A stretch of DNA of 64,000 nucleotides, from IMG/VR virus record IMGVR_UViG_3300030441_000216, one strand, 5' to 3'. Below are positions 9,240-18,904 of the stretch, one piece after another (the first letter of the stretch is position 1; each line of letters begins with the position of its first letter). Position numbers and translations under genes: made by a program. The notes under the pieces were generated by a model. It made no database searches and was not told the DNA's origin. It was given only the letters and a program-made list of their open reading frames with translations. The DNA comes from a virus.

Positions 9240-9413
9240 ATGATGACAAGAGAAAGATTTGCAGAAACAAGCTGGAAAATGAGTTATGAGGAATATCAGA
9301 AATGCGATTGTACTGAATGCAAAAGAGAAGAATGTCCACATAGAGGAGCATATAGAAGAGTGCCTGAGATTGATGGTGGACTTGGTTTATGTCCTAATCT
9401 GAAGGGAGAGTGA
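9240..9413 (+). CDS. hypothetical Cys-rich 57-aa protein (not in ORF track)
   Basis: SD GAAAGTGAGGTAAAAAATT-ATG; motif CDCTECKREECPH...C. Confidence 0.4.
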   Translation: MMTRERFAETSWKMSYEEYQKCDCTECKREECPHRGAYRRVPEIDGGLGLCPNLKGE

Positions 9414-9418
9414 TTAAG

Positions 9419-9613
9419 ATGTTTAAATATATTATCAGTTATGATGGTGGTCAGTTAAGAGACAGTGGAGATTTTGAATGGGGATTATTTAATTCCTATG
9501 GTGAAGCAGAAGAAGCTGCCAATGATGCAAAAGAAGAATATATGAATGACTGGGACGTTGAAGGCAGTGAATATGATCCTGATGATTTCTGTATTGAGAT
9601 TGTGGAGGTGTAG
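9419..9613 (+). CDS. hypothetical small acidic protein
   Basis: ATG 9419 follows GAAGGGAGAGTGATTAAG; ORF-track 9410..9613. Confidence 0.5.
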   Translation: MFKYIISYDGGQLRDSGDFEWGLFNSYGEAEEAANDAKEEYMNDWDVEGSEYDPDDFCIEIVEV

Positions 9614-9615
9614 GT

Positions 9616-9801
9616 ATGATATGTGTAAAAATATTAGGAATTGTAATCAAACATGGAAAGAATGATGTTGGTTATTGGGAAGGATTTAATCTTACTGAAG
9701 CCGAAGAAAATGCAATCTGGAATATCCTTAGTAAACATGATTCAGAAGGTTGTTCTTTGAGAGGGACACCAAAAGAAATCGTAGAAGAGATTGGAGAGTG
9801 A
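9616..9801 (+). CDS. hypothetical small protein
   Basis: SD GTGGAGGTGTAGGT-ATG. Confidence 0.5.
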   Translation: MICVKILGIVIKHGKNDVGYWEGFNLTEAEENAIWNILSKHDSEGCSLRGTPKEIVEEIGE

Positions 9802-9806
9802 TAAAT

Positions 9807-10235
9807 ATGGAAGAGAAAATTACTACAACAGAAAATTTAGCAACAGAACTTTTGGGATGTATGGGTTCGGCAATAGTAGATTATGGAAATTATACTATTG
9901 CAGTTTGGGAACATTGCCATAAGGGAAGCATTGCAGAGATTTATAAGCTGATTGAGATGCCAAAGGAATATGAACTAGGAAGATGTGAATGTAAGATTTC
10001 AAGAATTGAAAGAAAAGAAAGTTTTGAAGATCCGGGACACGCAATGAAATGGGCGCTTGATAAAGTAGTAAATGGAAATATGGAATACATTAAGCAAGAA
10101 GAACTACCTAAGTATTGGAAAACAAAAGCCATTTGTATCGAATTTGCAGATGGTTCTGATGCTTTAGCACAAGAAAATGGATATACATTAGAACAATGTA
10201 TGGAAATGACAGATGCTAAGTTCTTTTTAGATTAG
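9807..10235 (+). CDS. hypothetical protein
   Basis: ATG 9807 follows ATTGGAGAGTGATAAAT; ORF-track 9750..10235 trimmed. Confidence 0.55.
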   Translation: MEEKITTTENLATELLGCMGSAIVDYGNYTIAVWEHCHKGSIAEIYKLIEMPKEYELGRCECKISRIERKESFEDPGHAMKWALDKVVNGNMEYIKQEELPKYWKTKAICIEFADGSDALAQENGYTLEQCMEMTDAKFFLD

Positions 10236-10251
10236 TTAAAAGGAGATAAAT

Positions 10252-10551
10252 ATGATAAGCACAATAGAAAGAGATTTTATAGTAAAAGATGGTGTAGCAA
10301 GTTTTCCGATGAAAGAATATCCAAACTATTGCGGAATTGAAGATATTGGATATATTTCACACGGAGAATGGGCAGACGCAGAACTTGAATACAAGGGAAA
10401 ATTATTCAATGAAAATGTGGTGTCAGATGTAATGTGGGAAAGATTTATTGAAGAATTTCCTGATAAAGATGGAAATTATGAAGCGTTTAATCAGTATATG
10501 TATGACAATAAAGACGAAGTATATGAGTTATTAGAAGGTTGGAGTGATTAA
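10252..10551 (+). CDS. hypothetical protein
   Basis: SD AAAAGGAGATAAAT-ATG. Confidence 0.55.
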   Translation: MISTIERDFIVKDGVASFPMKEYPNYCGIEDIGYISHGEWADAELEYKGKLFNENVVSDVMWERFIEEFPDKDGNYEAFNQYMYDNKDEVYELLEGWSD

Positions 10552-10552
10552 T

Positions 10553-10864
10553 ATGGTAGATCAGTGGACAGGTGAATGGACGGAAGAAAAAGATTATAGT
10601 ACATATCCAAAAGAAAAATGGTGCGATTACGATTATATGGCTGCATGGATCAGAGAACAGAAATACGAACCAGAAACATCAATGAAAAATTTAATAGGAA
10701 TGATTTTTGGTTATTACTTTGAAAATAATGATGTAAAAGAAAGAGGATATTTTGCAATTAAGGATGAAAGAAAATATCCTGATAATCTTATGATATTTGT
10801 TCCAGATGTAGCAGAATATGTATTTGCAAGTGGTGGATTAAGTGAATTTGATTATGAAACATAG
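10553..10864 (+). CDS. hypothetical protein
   Basis: ATG 10553 follows GGTTGGAGTGATTAAT. Confidence 0.55.
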   Translation: MVDQWTGEWTEEKDYSTYPKEKWCDYDYMAAWIREQKYEPETSMKNLIGMIFGYYFENNDVKERGYFAIKDERKYPDNLMIFVPDVAEYVFASGGLSEFDYET

Positions 10865-10879
10865 ATTGGAGTGATGAAA

Positions 10880-11260
10880 ATGAGAAGAACAACTAAAAAA
10901 GAACGAAAAGAAAATGCAAATAGATTTTATAATATGTTTATGAATAGTAATTGCAATCAGGCAGCTATTGTAGTTGAAAAAACAGAAAGTAGTAACCCGA
11001 ATATCAATAGGTGCAGATTCATAGCAGTTCCATCAACACTTGCATTTATGGAAAATCCAATAGTAATCGCAGAGTCTGTATCTGGGATTACAGGTTGTTT
11101 TATAGAATTATTAGATGATATTAAGTCAAGAAGAGGAACAGAAAAAACATATTTTGATGATGGTTTTAATGATTGGCTTGAAGAAACGTATAAGTTCAGA
11201 ATTACATATAAGGATGGACTTGTATTTATGTTGGAAAAGAATATTGAAGAAACACAGTAA
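10880..11260 (+). CDS. hypothetical protein
   Basis: ATG 10880 lies 6 nt after TTGGAGTG. Confidence 0.55.
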   Translation: MRRTTKKERKENANRFYNMFMNSNCNQAAIVVEKTESSNPNINRCRFIAVPSTLAFMENPIVIAESVSGITGCFIELLDDIKSRRGTEKTYFDDGFNDWLEETYKFRITYKDGLVFMLEKNIEETQ

Positions 11261-11286
11261 ATAGCAATTTCATAAGGAGGTTTGAC

Positions 11287-11511
11287 ATGAGATTACATCT
11301 ATTTTGGCTTGATAAGAATTGGAAGAAACGTGGTGATTGTGCAAATAATTATAACCTCATTGTTTATATGGAAAATAAAACATATAAGGTATATACGAAT
11401 GCTTTTTATGGATATTATCATCAAGAAGATATTGAAGTTAAAAAGAAATCAGATATTGAAGATTACATAGAGTATTTAAAGAGAAATGGATTTACAGAAA
11501 TGGAGCGATAA
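11287..11511 (+). CDS. hypothetical protein
   Basis: SD AAGGAGGTTTGAC-ATG. Confidence 0.55.
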   Translation: MRLHLFWLDKNWKKRGDCANNYNLIVYMENKTYKVYTNAFYGYYHQEDIEVKKKSDIEDYIEYLKRNGFTEMER

Positions 11512-11514
11512 ATC

Positions 11515-11751
11515 ATGACAGTGAGAGAATTAAATAGAGATCAATTAACTGAATTAAAGCGTATGTATTATGTACAACTTGTCAATGAATGCTTATTTGC
11601 AAAAGTAATGGGTGTTGATATTGATGAACCATCATATGACATGATAGAGAAAGTCAACGAATATGTCTCGGATGAAGTTATTTTCGATGCATATGATAAC
11701 ACTGTGTTTACAGAAGATGATTTCTTCTGTAGTGCGGAAAGGAGTGCTTAA
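11515..11751 (+). CDS. hypothetical protein
   Basis: ATG 11515, 3 nt after the upstream stop. Confidence 0.55.
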   Translation: MTVRELNRDQLTELKRMYYVQLVNECLFAKVMGVDIDEPSYDMIEKVNEYVSDEVIFDAYDNTVFTEDDFFCSAERSA

Positions 11752-11755
11752 TATA

Positions 11756-11980
11756 TTGGATATTACAAATTTATATGCTTACAGAATTGAAGAATTGGCT
11801 ATTGGTATTGTAAAGGCAGAGTCATATGAAGATGCAAGAGAAAAGGTGAAAGTAGCTTATTTGAAACACAACGATTGCTTTGATTCTGAAAGAGATTTTA
11901 TTGAGTTAAAGGAAATTGCAGAGAATGATTCATGGTTTAGTGATAATCCTGATGTAGTTGAAGTTGATGAATTAATATAA
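11756..11980 (+). CDS. hypothetical protein, start uncertain
   Basis: ORF-track 11663..11980 overlaps the upstream gene. The nearest in-frame start after the SD AAAGGAGTG is TTG 11756. Confidence 0.35.
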   Translation: MDITNLYAYRIEELAIGIVKAESYEDAREKVKVAYLKHNDCFDSERDFIELKEIAENDSWFSDNPDVVEVDELI

Positions 11981-11996
11981 AAATGGAGTGACAAAT

Positions 11997-12332
11997 ATGA
12001 ATTATACTTATTTTGGAAACAGAATTGAAAGAAGCCCATTAGGAAATATGGGGTTACAGTTATTAGAAGCTCAAGAGAAATTAGTTTCTCAGGAATATGA
12101 AGTTGAGAATCTTAGAATTAAAGCAGCTATGTATAAAGCATATTTCTTTCGTAATTCCATATTAGCAGAAAAATTAGAAAAACAAAGTGAAGAAAACAGA
12201 GATGCACTTATTGGAGAATTTGATGGTTTTTCATATGCAAGTTGGAGAGCTAATGCTGTATATAGAACGCTTGAAGATATGTGCTATGAAGGACTATTAA
12301 CTGAAAAAGAATATAGAGAATGCAAAGTATGA
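11997..12332 (+). CDS. hypothetical protein
   Basis: ATG 11997 follows ATGGAGTGACAAAT. Confidence 0.55.
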   Translation: MNYTYFGNRIERSPLGNMGLQLLEAQEKLVSQEYEVENLRIKAAMYKAYFFRNSILAEKLEKQSEENRDALIGEFDGFSYASWRANAVYRTLEDMCYEGLLTEKEYRECKV

Positions 12333-12368
12333 AACAAGAGTTTCCTATGGAAGAATGGAGGATATAAT

Positions 12369-12686
12369 ATGCGATTACCACAAGAATTATTTGCAGAAGC
12401 CTTATGGTTGGAATGGGATAATCATTATGGAATTATCCATAAAGAAAAATTACCAGACCTTCTCAGACGATACAATCTAAAATTAAAAAAGGAAAAGACT
12501 TTGGATGATATACAACTAGCTTTCGGTCGAGGTCTTAAAGATACGTTTGGTAATACGGTAAAACAAATAGAGCAAATTGCTGAAGAAATTTACAAAATCT
12601 GTATCATTGCCAATTGGGAAGATGCGGTTGCAAAGTATAAAATTGCTGCGGAAAGAGAGGAAAAATATTATGAGTATGAGAAGTAG
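12369..12686 (+). CDS. hypothetical protein
   Basis: SD ATGGAGGATATAAT-ATG. Confidence 0.55.
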   Translation: MRLPQELFAEALWLEWDNHYGIIHKEKLPDLLRRYNLKLKKEKTLDDIQLAFGRGLKDTFGNTVKQIEQIAEEIYKICIIANWEDAVAKYKIAAEREEKYYEYEK

Positions 12687-13128
12687 TTTTATTTATGGAT
12701 ATGGATTTAATAGTGATTGCGATGAGGGAAAATTAATTGATTTTATCAAAAATCATAAAAAAGCATTTTGTAAGACAGATGGAGAAAAAGAACTGTATGA
12801 AGAAATGCTTGATTATACTGAAAAGGAATATGATTTAGAAGATTTCTTTGAAAATTATGAATGTGATAGTAATAGACTTAAAGGAATTGGTGCTGTTATT
12901 GCTAACATCATGTCAAGAGAAACGGGAATTCGATTTGATTATTGTATGCCAGATGGAGATTGTAATACTTTGGCTTCGGTTGTATTTGAAACTGGTTATC
13001 CTTGGCAGCTTAATGAGACTGAAAAGAATTTAACAGAAGAGAAATTAAAAGAAATTTGCAAGACATATATGGATGAAATTGGTTTAATTGATGAACCTGA
13101 TTATTTAGAACTTGAATATTTTGGATAA
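12670..13128 (+). CDS. hypothetical protein
   Basis: ATG 12670 follows GAGAGGAAAAATATT and overlaps the upstream gene end. ORF-track 12577..13128 trimmed. Confidence 0.55.
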   Translation: MSMRSSFIYGYGFNSDCDEGKLIDFIKNHKKAFCKTDGEKELYEEMLDYTEKEYDLEDFFENYECDSNRLKGIGAVIANIMSRETGIRFDYCMPDGDCNTLASVVFETGYPWQLNETEKNLTEEKLKEICKTYMDEIGLIDEPDYLELEYFG

Positions 13129-13162
13129 TATGAAATGAGGATTTACAAGGAAAGGAAATATT

Positions 13163-13405
13163 ATGAATAACGGAATTTATCATATAAAGGATAATAAAAT
13201 TTACAAAATGTCAATAGATAAACCAGAAGAACAGATAAGGGTTGTTGCAAGTATTGAAGATAGAAACAATCTTATAGATGATTTTGCCAATAATCTCATA
13301 AACAAAATTGAATTAAAATATTGTAATGGAAATTTAACCAGTCAATATATTGGAATGCAAGCTTGTGAATGGATTAAAGAAATTGCAGAAAACATGAAAC
13401 GATGA
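13163..13405 (+). CDS. hypothetical protein
   Basis: SD CAAGGAAAGGAAATATT-ATG. Confidence 0.5.
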   Translation: MNNGIYHIKDNKIYKMSIDKPEEQIRVVASIEDRNNLIDDFANNLINKIELKYCNGNLTSQYIGMQACEWIKEIAENMKR

Positions 13406-13432
13406 TTTACTGATAAGATTGGAGGATGTTAT

Positions 13433-13744
13433 ATGGTAAATAGAAGTAAGGAGTGTATAGAATTTAGAAATGACCATGAATCAAAATGTTATTTAGTAAA
13501 TTCAGACACAAAACAGACTGGATTTCAGAGAATACCATTATCACAAGGATATGAAGAGTACGGAAATGGAAACACAATGTATTTCTTCGAAGCTGTTGGG
13601 AAATATGATAGTTCAATTTTAGATATCATCCATGCAAACACAAGAGAAGAAGCAGAGGAACTTGTAAATACTAAATATAAGGAAAGATTTAGAAGAAATA
13701 CAATTATTCCATTTTCAACCAGAGAACTTGTTGATGAAAGGTGA
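13433..13744 (+). CDS. hypothetical protein
   Basis: SD ATTGGAGGATGTTAT-ATG. Confidence 0.55.
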   Translation: MVNRSKECIEFRNDHESKCYLVNSDTKQTGFQRIPLSQGYEEYGNGNTMYFFEAVGKYDSSILDIIHANTREEAEELVNTKYKERFRRNTIIPFSTRELVDER

Positions 13745-13777
13745 TATTAAAGTGGTGACTTAGAAAGGAATGATTAT

Positions 13778-14110
13778 ATGAAATGTAACTATATTGAGTA
13801 TCATAGACTAACAGATCAGATGTTTTATGGTATTGCACAAACGGACGCACATCTAAATCAATATACGGAGGTTTTAAGACAATATCTTATAAATGGTGGT
13901 GCAGGTGATATAATGCTAAAACTTGGTGTTGGAATACAACTCATAACTAAGAAATTTATGTTGTTATCTGAAGAAGTTATTATGAGAAGATTTATATGGC
14001 TTAAAGGTAATAGAAAAGGAGAGTTATTAAAAAGATACGAAATAGAGGCATTAGGAATGTTTCTTCCTGGTGGTGCTTTATATGGAAAAGAAGATAATTA
14101 TAAATGGTAA
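13778..14110 (+). CDS. hypothetical protein
   Basis: SD GAAAGGAATGATTAT-ATG. Confidence 0.55.
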   Translation: MKCNYIEYHRLTDQMFYGIAQTDAHLNQYTEVLRQYLINGGAGDIMLKLGVGIQLITKKFMLLSEEVIMRRFIWLKGNRKGELLKRYEIEALGMFLPGGALYGKEDNYKW

Positions 14111-14148
14111 TGGAGTGATGATTTCTTGACAGAATGGAGGCTTGGAAT

Positions 14149-14451
14149 ATGACAAGAGAAAAAGCCACGAGAATTGTAAATGGATTTTTTAATGATATGA
14201 ATCCTACTTTATGGAATGGAGAAGGTAATAAACCCGAAAGCTTTGATGAACGACCTTGGCAATGCAAAATAGTTGATGGTATAAATCTTGAAATTACTTT
14301 TGCTTATGACGAAGAAGATGGATGGCATCATTATTGCGATTTAGTTTATACCAAAGATAACAGTTCTTTTGACTTAATGAGTGGTTATGGAATTGATTCT
14401 AAACTAAATGTGATAGATACAGTAATGGATATATGTAGAGACTATGAGTAA
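14149..14451 (+). CDS. hypothetical protein
   Basis: ATG 14149 follows AATGGAGGCTTGGAAT. Confidence 0.55.
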   Translation: MTREKATRIVNGFFNDMNPTLWNGEGNKPESFDERPWQCKIVDGINLEITFAYDEEDGWHHYCDLVYTKDNSSFDLMSGYGIDSKLNVIDTVMDICRDYE

Positions 14452-14486
14452 GTATTGGAATTGTGATTTAGATAGGAGTGATTGGA

Positions 14487-14672
14487 ATGGATTATAAAAT
14501 AGGTGATACAGTAAAAATATCTGTTTATGTAACAGAAAAATGGGGCAGATTAGTTACTTGTAAAATCACCAATAAGTATATAAGAAATAATACTACTTAT
14601 TATTCTTTGCAAGAGATAAATGGAATTTATAGAGTAAGTAACGTAAAAGAAAACCGATTCATACTTGATTAA
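14487..14672 (+). CDS. hypothetical small protein
   Basis: ATG 14487 follows GATAGGAGTGATTGGA. Confidence 0.5.
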   Translation: MDYKIGDTVKISVYVTEKWGRLVTCKITNKYIRNNTTYYSLQEINGIYRVSNVKENRFILD

Positions 14673-14721
14673 CATGAAACAGAAATCTAACGAATCGGCT
14701 ATTTAAATAGGAAGTGGTAAT

Positions 14722-14904
14722 ATGAACGAAACACAAGAAAAGATATATGGCTTGTTGGAAAGTTATTTAGAATACTGTAAGACAAACGGATATACAGAGT
14801 TTGAGGTATGGTGTGAAGATAATATTGATACTATTAATGAGGATGCATTAATACAAGATATATATCAGGAAGTAAACTATATAGCTGATAAATTATTTGA
14901 ATAG
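14722..14904 (+). CDS. hypothetical small acidic protein
   Basis: SD AGGAAGTGGTAAT-ATG. Confidence 0.5.
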   Translation: MNETQEKIYGLLESYLEYCKTNGYTEFEVWCEDNIDTINEDALIQDIYQEVNYIADKLFE

Positions 14905-14920
14905 AAAGTGAGGAAATAAT

Positions 14921-15223
14921 ATGGTAAGAAAAATTAACAATAGATTGTATAAAGTTAATACATATGCTTCTGCACACATTATTGAAGTAGATGATAATTA
15001 TGATGAAGAAGTACAGAAACTAAGAAAAGAAATCCAACTTGACAGTATTGGATGCAAATTGAACTTACTTGCATATCTTGCCACATTAACGGTACAAGGA
15101 TATGCAATCTTAAGTGTAACTGTAACTGAGTTTAATTCAGATGGAAGCAAGCCTAGAGTTGCTTATGCAAGCAATAAAGATTTTAAAAAGATTGTTAAGT
15201 ATTATCTTGGGAAGAAAGCCTAA
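14921..15223 (+). CDS. hypothetical protein
   Basis: SD AAAGTGAGGAAATAAT-ATG. Confidence 0.5.
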   Translation: MVRKINNRLYKVNTYASAHIIEVDDNYDEEVQKLRKEIQLDSIGCKLNLLAYLATLTVQGYAILSVTVTEFNSDGSKPRVAYASNKDFKKIVKYYLGKKA

Positions 15224-15253
15224 GAATCAGCGATTTAGAAAGGAGAATTAAAA

Positions 15254-15442
15254 ATGAAACAGAATCATTATATTGTAACTTTTAACAATGGGAAAACTGT
15301 ATTTGCATCTGGGTTTAATACGGAGGAAGTAGAAATCCTTGCAAAAGCCGTAATGATAAAGAATGGATTATCTTATGACATTAAAAGTGTTAAGACAACA
15401 AGTAATTTATCTGATATGGCAGATACAGATTTTGTAGCATAG
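15254..15442 (+). CDS. hypothetical small protein
   Basis: SD AAAGGAGAATTAAAA-ATG. Confidence 0.5.
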   Translation: MKQNHYIVTFNNGKTVFASGFNTEEVEILAKAVMIKNGLSYDIKSVKTTSNLSDMADTDFVA

Positions 15443-15473
15443 GAAACGGAAATTTAAAAAGGGGGAAGATGAA

Positions 15474-15770
15474 ATGACAATCAAGGATGTAAAAGAAGAA
15501 TATAAAAATAAATATATAGAATTAGAAGTATATGAAGCAGTGAGTAATGGAAAATATTATCCTAGTAATTTTCATACGGATAATTGCAGATCATTAGGAG
15601 AAGATTCACCATATGGAAACTATACTGAGGATATGGAAGTAGGTCTATATGAGCTGATGGATGAAGAAGAATACAATAATACTATAATGGCAAATTGTGA
15701 TATTTATGCAGATTTTGAAGATTGGTATGGTGATAAATATGCAAAAGTATTATGTGTTATGATTAAGTAA
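15474..15770 (+). CDS. hypothetical acidic protein
   Basis: SD AAGGGGGAAGATGAA-ATG. Confidence 0.55.
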   Translation: MTIKDVKEEYKNKYIELEVYEAVSNGKYYPSNFHTDNCRSLGEDSPYGNYTEDMEVGLYELMDEEEYNNTIMANCDIYADFEDWYGDKYAKVLCVMIK

Positions 15771-15805
15771 ACAATTAGATACTATTAGAAATGGTGGTAA
15801 AATTT

Positions 15806-16000
15806 ATGGATAGGAAAGAATATTTATTAAGACAGGTACTAAAGTTATTTAAGCAACAAAAAGAAAGTCGTTATGTTTTAAATATTGAAGAGATGACTGT
15901 TATATACGATGGAACTGAATGTAATGGAAGTTGTCTTTGTGATGATATTATGGAAGAAGTAGGAATTGACAGCTTAGAAGATATTGAGGATGAGAAATAA
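15806..16000 (+). CDS. hypothetical small acidic protein
   Basis: The ORF-track start at 15791 is an ATG inside the SD (ATGGTGGTAAAATTT). The SD-proximal ATG at 15806 is taken instead. Confidence 0.5.
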   Translation: MDRKEYLLRQVLKLFKQQKESRYVLNIEEMTVIYDGTECNGSCLCDDIMEEVGIDSLEDIEDEK

Positions 16001-16037
16001 AGTGTGATATAATATGTAAGAAAGAAGGTTGATGAAT

Positions 16038-16553
16038 ATGGCAGGGTATAACGGATGGTCAATGAGTAATAACGCAGTTGCAGCTTATGAAGATGGTGAA
16101 AAACCATTAAGTAAGTGGACAAAGACAGATATTTTTGATACAATAGTTGATACAGAAATTGAATTAAAATGTTCAATTGAGAAGTTAAGAAAACTACCTG
16201 TGAAAGTTTTAAAAGAAGTTTGTTTGAGGTATTCTTCGTGGCATCATACAAGCAATCATTATAATCAGACAGATTTTTATTCTTTGGATATAAGCAGAAT
16301 AGAAAATTTAACAGATGAAAAAATTGATAGATTACTTGCAGATTACAAGGCAGAGAAAAAGAATGAAGAAAAGCCTACTGAAGAGAAATGGAGATGTGCT
16401 TTTTTAGAATGGTCTGGAACTAGAAAACATCCAGTTGCAAAAGAAATAGTTGAAGAGGGTATTGTAAAAGGCGATTGGTTCTATCGTAAAAATGGAACTA
16501 AAAAGAAAACAACAGCAAATGGGTTTGAATTTATTAAGAAATTGGAGGAATGA
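16038..16553 (+). CDS. hypothetical protein (171 aa)
   Basis: ATG 16038 lies 9 nt after AAGG; ORF-track 16029 is a TTG start. Confidence 0.6.
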   Translation: MAGYNGWSMSNNAVAAYEDGEKPLSKWTKTDIFDTIVDTEIELKCSIEKLRKLPVKVLKEVCLRYSSWHHTSNHYNQTDFYSLDISRIENLTDEKIDRLLADYKAEKKNEEKPTEEKWRCAFLEWSGTRKHPVAKEIVEEGIVKGDWFYRKNGTKKKTTANGFEFIKKLEE

Positions 16554-16558
16554 TAATA

Positions 16559-16831
16559 ATGGCATTTATAAATGAACAAGGAATAAAAATTAGCTTTGAG
16601 TGTTCAGATTTAATTAAAGAACTTAAAGAAGATATTACTGAATTTGGTGGTGACACAGTTGTTGCTGTTTGGTGTAAGGATAATTCAGGAGTTACATTAT
16701 ATGTAAATTATGATTTTATTAATAAAGATCAGCCAATAACTGAAAAAGAATTAGATAAAGATGAATACATACAGAAAATGACAATGAGTGCATTATTAAT
16801 TTTATTAGAAAAGCAAAATGAAATTTTGTAA
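16559..16831 (+). CDS. hypothetical protein
   Basis: ATG 16559 follows TTGGAGGAATGATAATA. Confidence 0.55.
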   Translation: MAFINEQGIKISFECSDLIKELKEDITEFGGDTVVAVWCKDNSGVTLYVNYDFINKDQPITEKELDKDEYIQKMTMSALLILLEKQNEIL

Positions 16832-16861
16832 TTGAAAATAAAATATAATATTAATTAAATT

Positions 16862-16896
16862 GAGACGGATAATTATATATTATCTGTCTTTTTTAT
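16862..16896 (+). terminator. intrinsic terminator
   Basis: GAGACGGATAAT-loop-ATTATCTGTCT followed by TTTTTT. Confidence 0.55.
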
Positions 16897-16913
16897 TGGA
16901 TTGGAGTGATATT

Positions 16914-17117
16914 ATGAGAAGAGAATTTAAAGTAAATAAAACAAAATGTGCGATAGTAAATCGCAATACTGGCAATATGGAAATTAACAAATATAATCAG
17001 AAATATGAAGTTAGGTGTTTTTCACAAAAATATAATGGTTGGATTAGGTTGTGTAGTTGTGCAACTATCTCTGAAGGAAGAGAAAAGGCTGTACAAATAT
17101 TATCATTGGCGATATAA
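16914..17117 (+). CDS. hypothetical small Cys-containing protein
   Basis: ATG 16914 follows TTGGAGTGATATT. ORF-track 16860..17117 would span the terminator. Confidence 0.45.
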   Translation: MRREFKVNKTKCAIVNRNTGNMEINKYNQKYEVRCFSQKYNGWIRLCSCATISEGREKAVQILSLAI

Positions 17118-17147
17118 TATGTATATAATTATTTTTGGAGGTACAAT

Positions 17148-17396
17148 ATGACAAAATTGGGGTTATTAGAAGCGTTTCAATATGCTGTCGAAACAGTAAA
17201 TGTTACAAAATTTGAAGAGGCTTTAATAATATTTTCTGTTGAGTATGGTATTCAGATACCAAGGGAGGCGGCAGAGTTAATTAAAGCTCAAGATGATAAT
17301 TTGTCAAAAGAAAAATTAAAGGAAATTATGCTAAAGATACAAATGCCTATCTATAATTATATTAAGACAAATGGCAATGTTAATGAATTAAAGTAA
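17148..17396 (+). CDS. hypothetical protein
   Basis: SD TTTGGAGGTACAAT-ATG. Confidence 0.55.
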   Translation: MTKLGLLEAFQYAVETVNVTKFEEALIIFSVEYGIQIPREAAELIKAQDDNLSKEKLKEIMLKIQMPIYNYIKTNGNVNELK

Positions 17397-17421
17397 TAAA
17401 TAGAATAATAGAGAATATAGT

Positions 17422-17455
17422 AAGAGACTTGTAAAAAACAAGTCTCTTATTTTTA
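17422..17455 (+). terminator. intrinsic terminator
   Basis: Perfect stem AAGAGACTTGT / ACAAGTCTCTT followed by ATTTTT. Confidence 0.7.
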
Positions 17456-17476
17456 TGGAAAGGAACAGTGATTACT

Positions 17477-17701
17477 ATGTTTGACTATAAAGAATTTAAG
17501 AAGGAAATGTCTAAAAGAGGACATGAAGTACATAAACATGGAGATTATATAACTATTGAACCCAATAATAATTATGAAGGATATAATAAAGGATTTTTAT
17601 ATGCATCGGATGTCATTAAAGGATTTGAACATGAGTTAAAACTTGTTTATATGCATCATTTCAATACTTGGATATATAGTGTAAGATTCAGGTTAGTATG
17701 A
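17477..17701 (+). CDS. hypothetical protein
   Basis: ATG 17477 follows GGAAAGGAACAGTGATTACT. Confidence 0.5.
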   Translation: MFDYKEFKKEMSKRGHEVHKHGDYITIEPNNNYEGYNKGFLYASDVIKGFEHELKLVYMHHFNTWIYSVRFRLV

Positions 17702-17756
17702 TATAATTAAAATATAGTAACTGTGGGAATGGAATTTAAAAACGGAGGTAATTGTT

Positions 17757-17870
17757 ATGATAGAATTAATTAGTGTAATTATAGGTTGGATTGTTGTATT
17801 TACAATCCTAAACAGATTTTTAAGCAAATCAGAAGCTAAGAAGAGAGAAGAAAGATATAAAAATATGTAA
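17757..17870 (+). CDS. hypothetical 37-aa single-TM protein (not in ORF track)
   Basis: SD AACGGAGGTAATTGTT-ATG; hydrophobic core LISVIIGWIVVFTIL followed by a basic tail. Confidence 0.35.
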   Translation: MIELISVIIGWIVVFTILNRFLSKSEAKKREERYKNM

Positions 17871-17884
17871 GGAGAGTGATGAAT

Positions 17885-18535
17885 ATGTTAGGATTATTGT
17901 TGTCTTTAGGAATATTTGGTGGAGCGGCTGCAAAAAATGCTTACGACAATGCAGCAATGAAGAAGTATACAAGTTCTTATGATAATAATGGAAATCATCA
18001 TTATTGTGATAATAACATGAGAGAATATATTAATGGTGAGAGAATTAGAAATAGTGGATATACTGATAATGACGGAATATATCACAGAACGGAAATTGGA
18101 CTAAATAGTGGAAAGGTATATACAGATTATGTATGCCCGTCTGAACAGTTGAAAAAGAAATACGATGATGAAGATAGGGAATATTACCGTAAAAAAGGAT
18201 TCCCTGCATATCCAGCTTATAATCCACGATTTAAGAGAAAAGTAACAACTGAATTTAGTACGGGAAAAGTGGTAGCTGCTGTAGTATGGTTTCACAATAT
18301 ATTTACTCAAGAAAATCATTGGGTTAAGTTTTATGTTAAGCCTGACGCAAAAGAGTATGAATATGATACACCAGGAGAATACGACAAAGGAATTGAGATT
18401 ACCAAGGAAGAAGCTGAGTTATATGATAGAATATTAGGGAAATCTCATAGCGGCATGGCATTCGGAAACAAGATTTGGGATGGATTTGACACGAGAAAGC
18501 CTGAAGGATGGGATGAAGTACATAGGAAGAAATAA
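17885..18535 (+). CDS. membrane-anchored or secreted hypothetical protein
   Basis: ATG 17885 follows GGAGAGTGATGAAT. The N-terminal hydrophobic segment LGLLLSLGIFGGAAA is followed by a hydrophilic domain. Confidence 0.65.
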   Translation: MLGLLLSLGIFGGAAAKNAYDNAAMKKYTSSYDNNGNHHYCDNNMREYINGERIRNSGYTDNDGIYHRTEIGLNSGKVYTDYVCPSEQLKKKYDDEDREYYRKKGFPAYPAYNPRFKRKVTTEFSTGKVVAAVVWFHNIFTQENHWVKFYVKPDAKEYEYDTPGEYDKGIEITKEEAELYDRILGKSHSGMAFGNKIWDGFDTRKPEGWDEVHRKK

Positions 18536-18556
18536 TAGTTTCATTGGAAGATTGGA

Positions 18557-18871
18557 GTGAGTAATATTAGAAGAGAAACAAAAATAATTCAATCGTTGTT
18601 AAAAGAGATATATCCAAATAGAAAATTCTCAATACAATTAAAGCAACCATCATCCTATGTATCTAATTCGGATAAAATAAAGATTAAGTGTCCTGAATTT
18701 GTAGATGTAAATAATGTAATTGCTGAATTAAAAAAATATGTACATGGCATTGATGTTTATGAAAAAGGAAGTTTTGGATATATTTCTCATATAAATAATA
18801 CACCATATATAGAAATGTCAAATGGTGATAAAGTAGAAATGGATATGGTTGAATTTATTGAAGTAGGATGA
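18557..18871 (+). CDS. hypothetical protein, paralogue of 22005..22313 (family A)
   Basis: The shared motif LL.E.YP..KFSI.....Y...SD.I...C links it to its paralogue. The only in-frame starts after the SD GGAGTGAG are GTG 18557 and ATT 18566 (the ATT aligns with the paralogue's ATG). Confidence 0.55.
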   Translation: MSNIRRETKIIQSLLKEIYPNRKFSIQLKQPSSYVSNSDKIKIKCPEFVDVNNVIAELKKYVHGIDVYEKGSFGYISHINNTPYIEMSNGDKVEMDMVEFIEVG

Positions 18872-18904
18872 AACCAAGTTTTCTTGTAGAAAGGAAAATA
18901 AAAT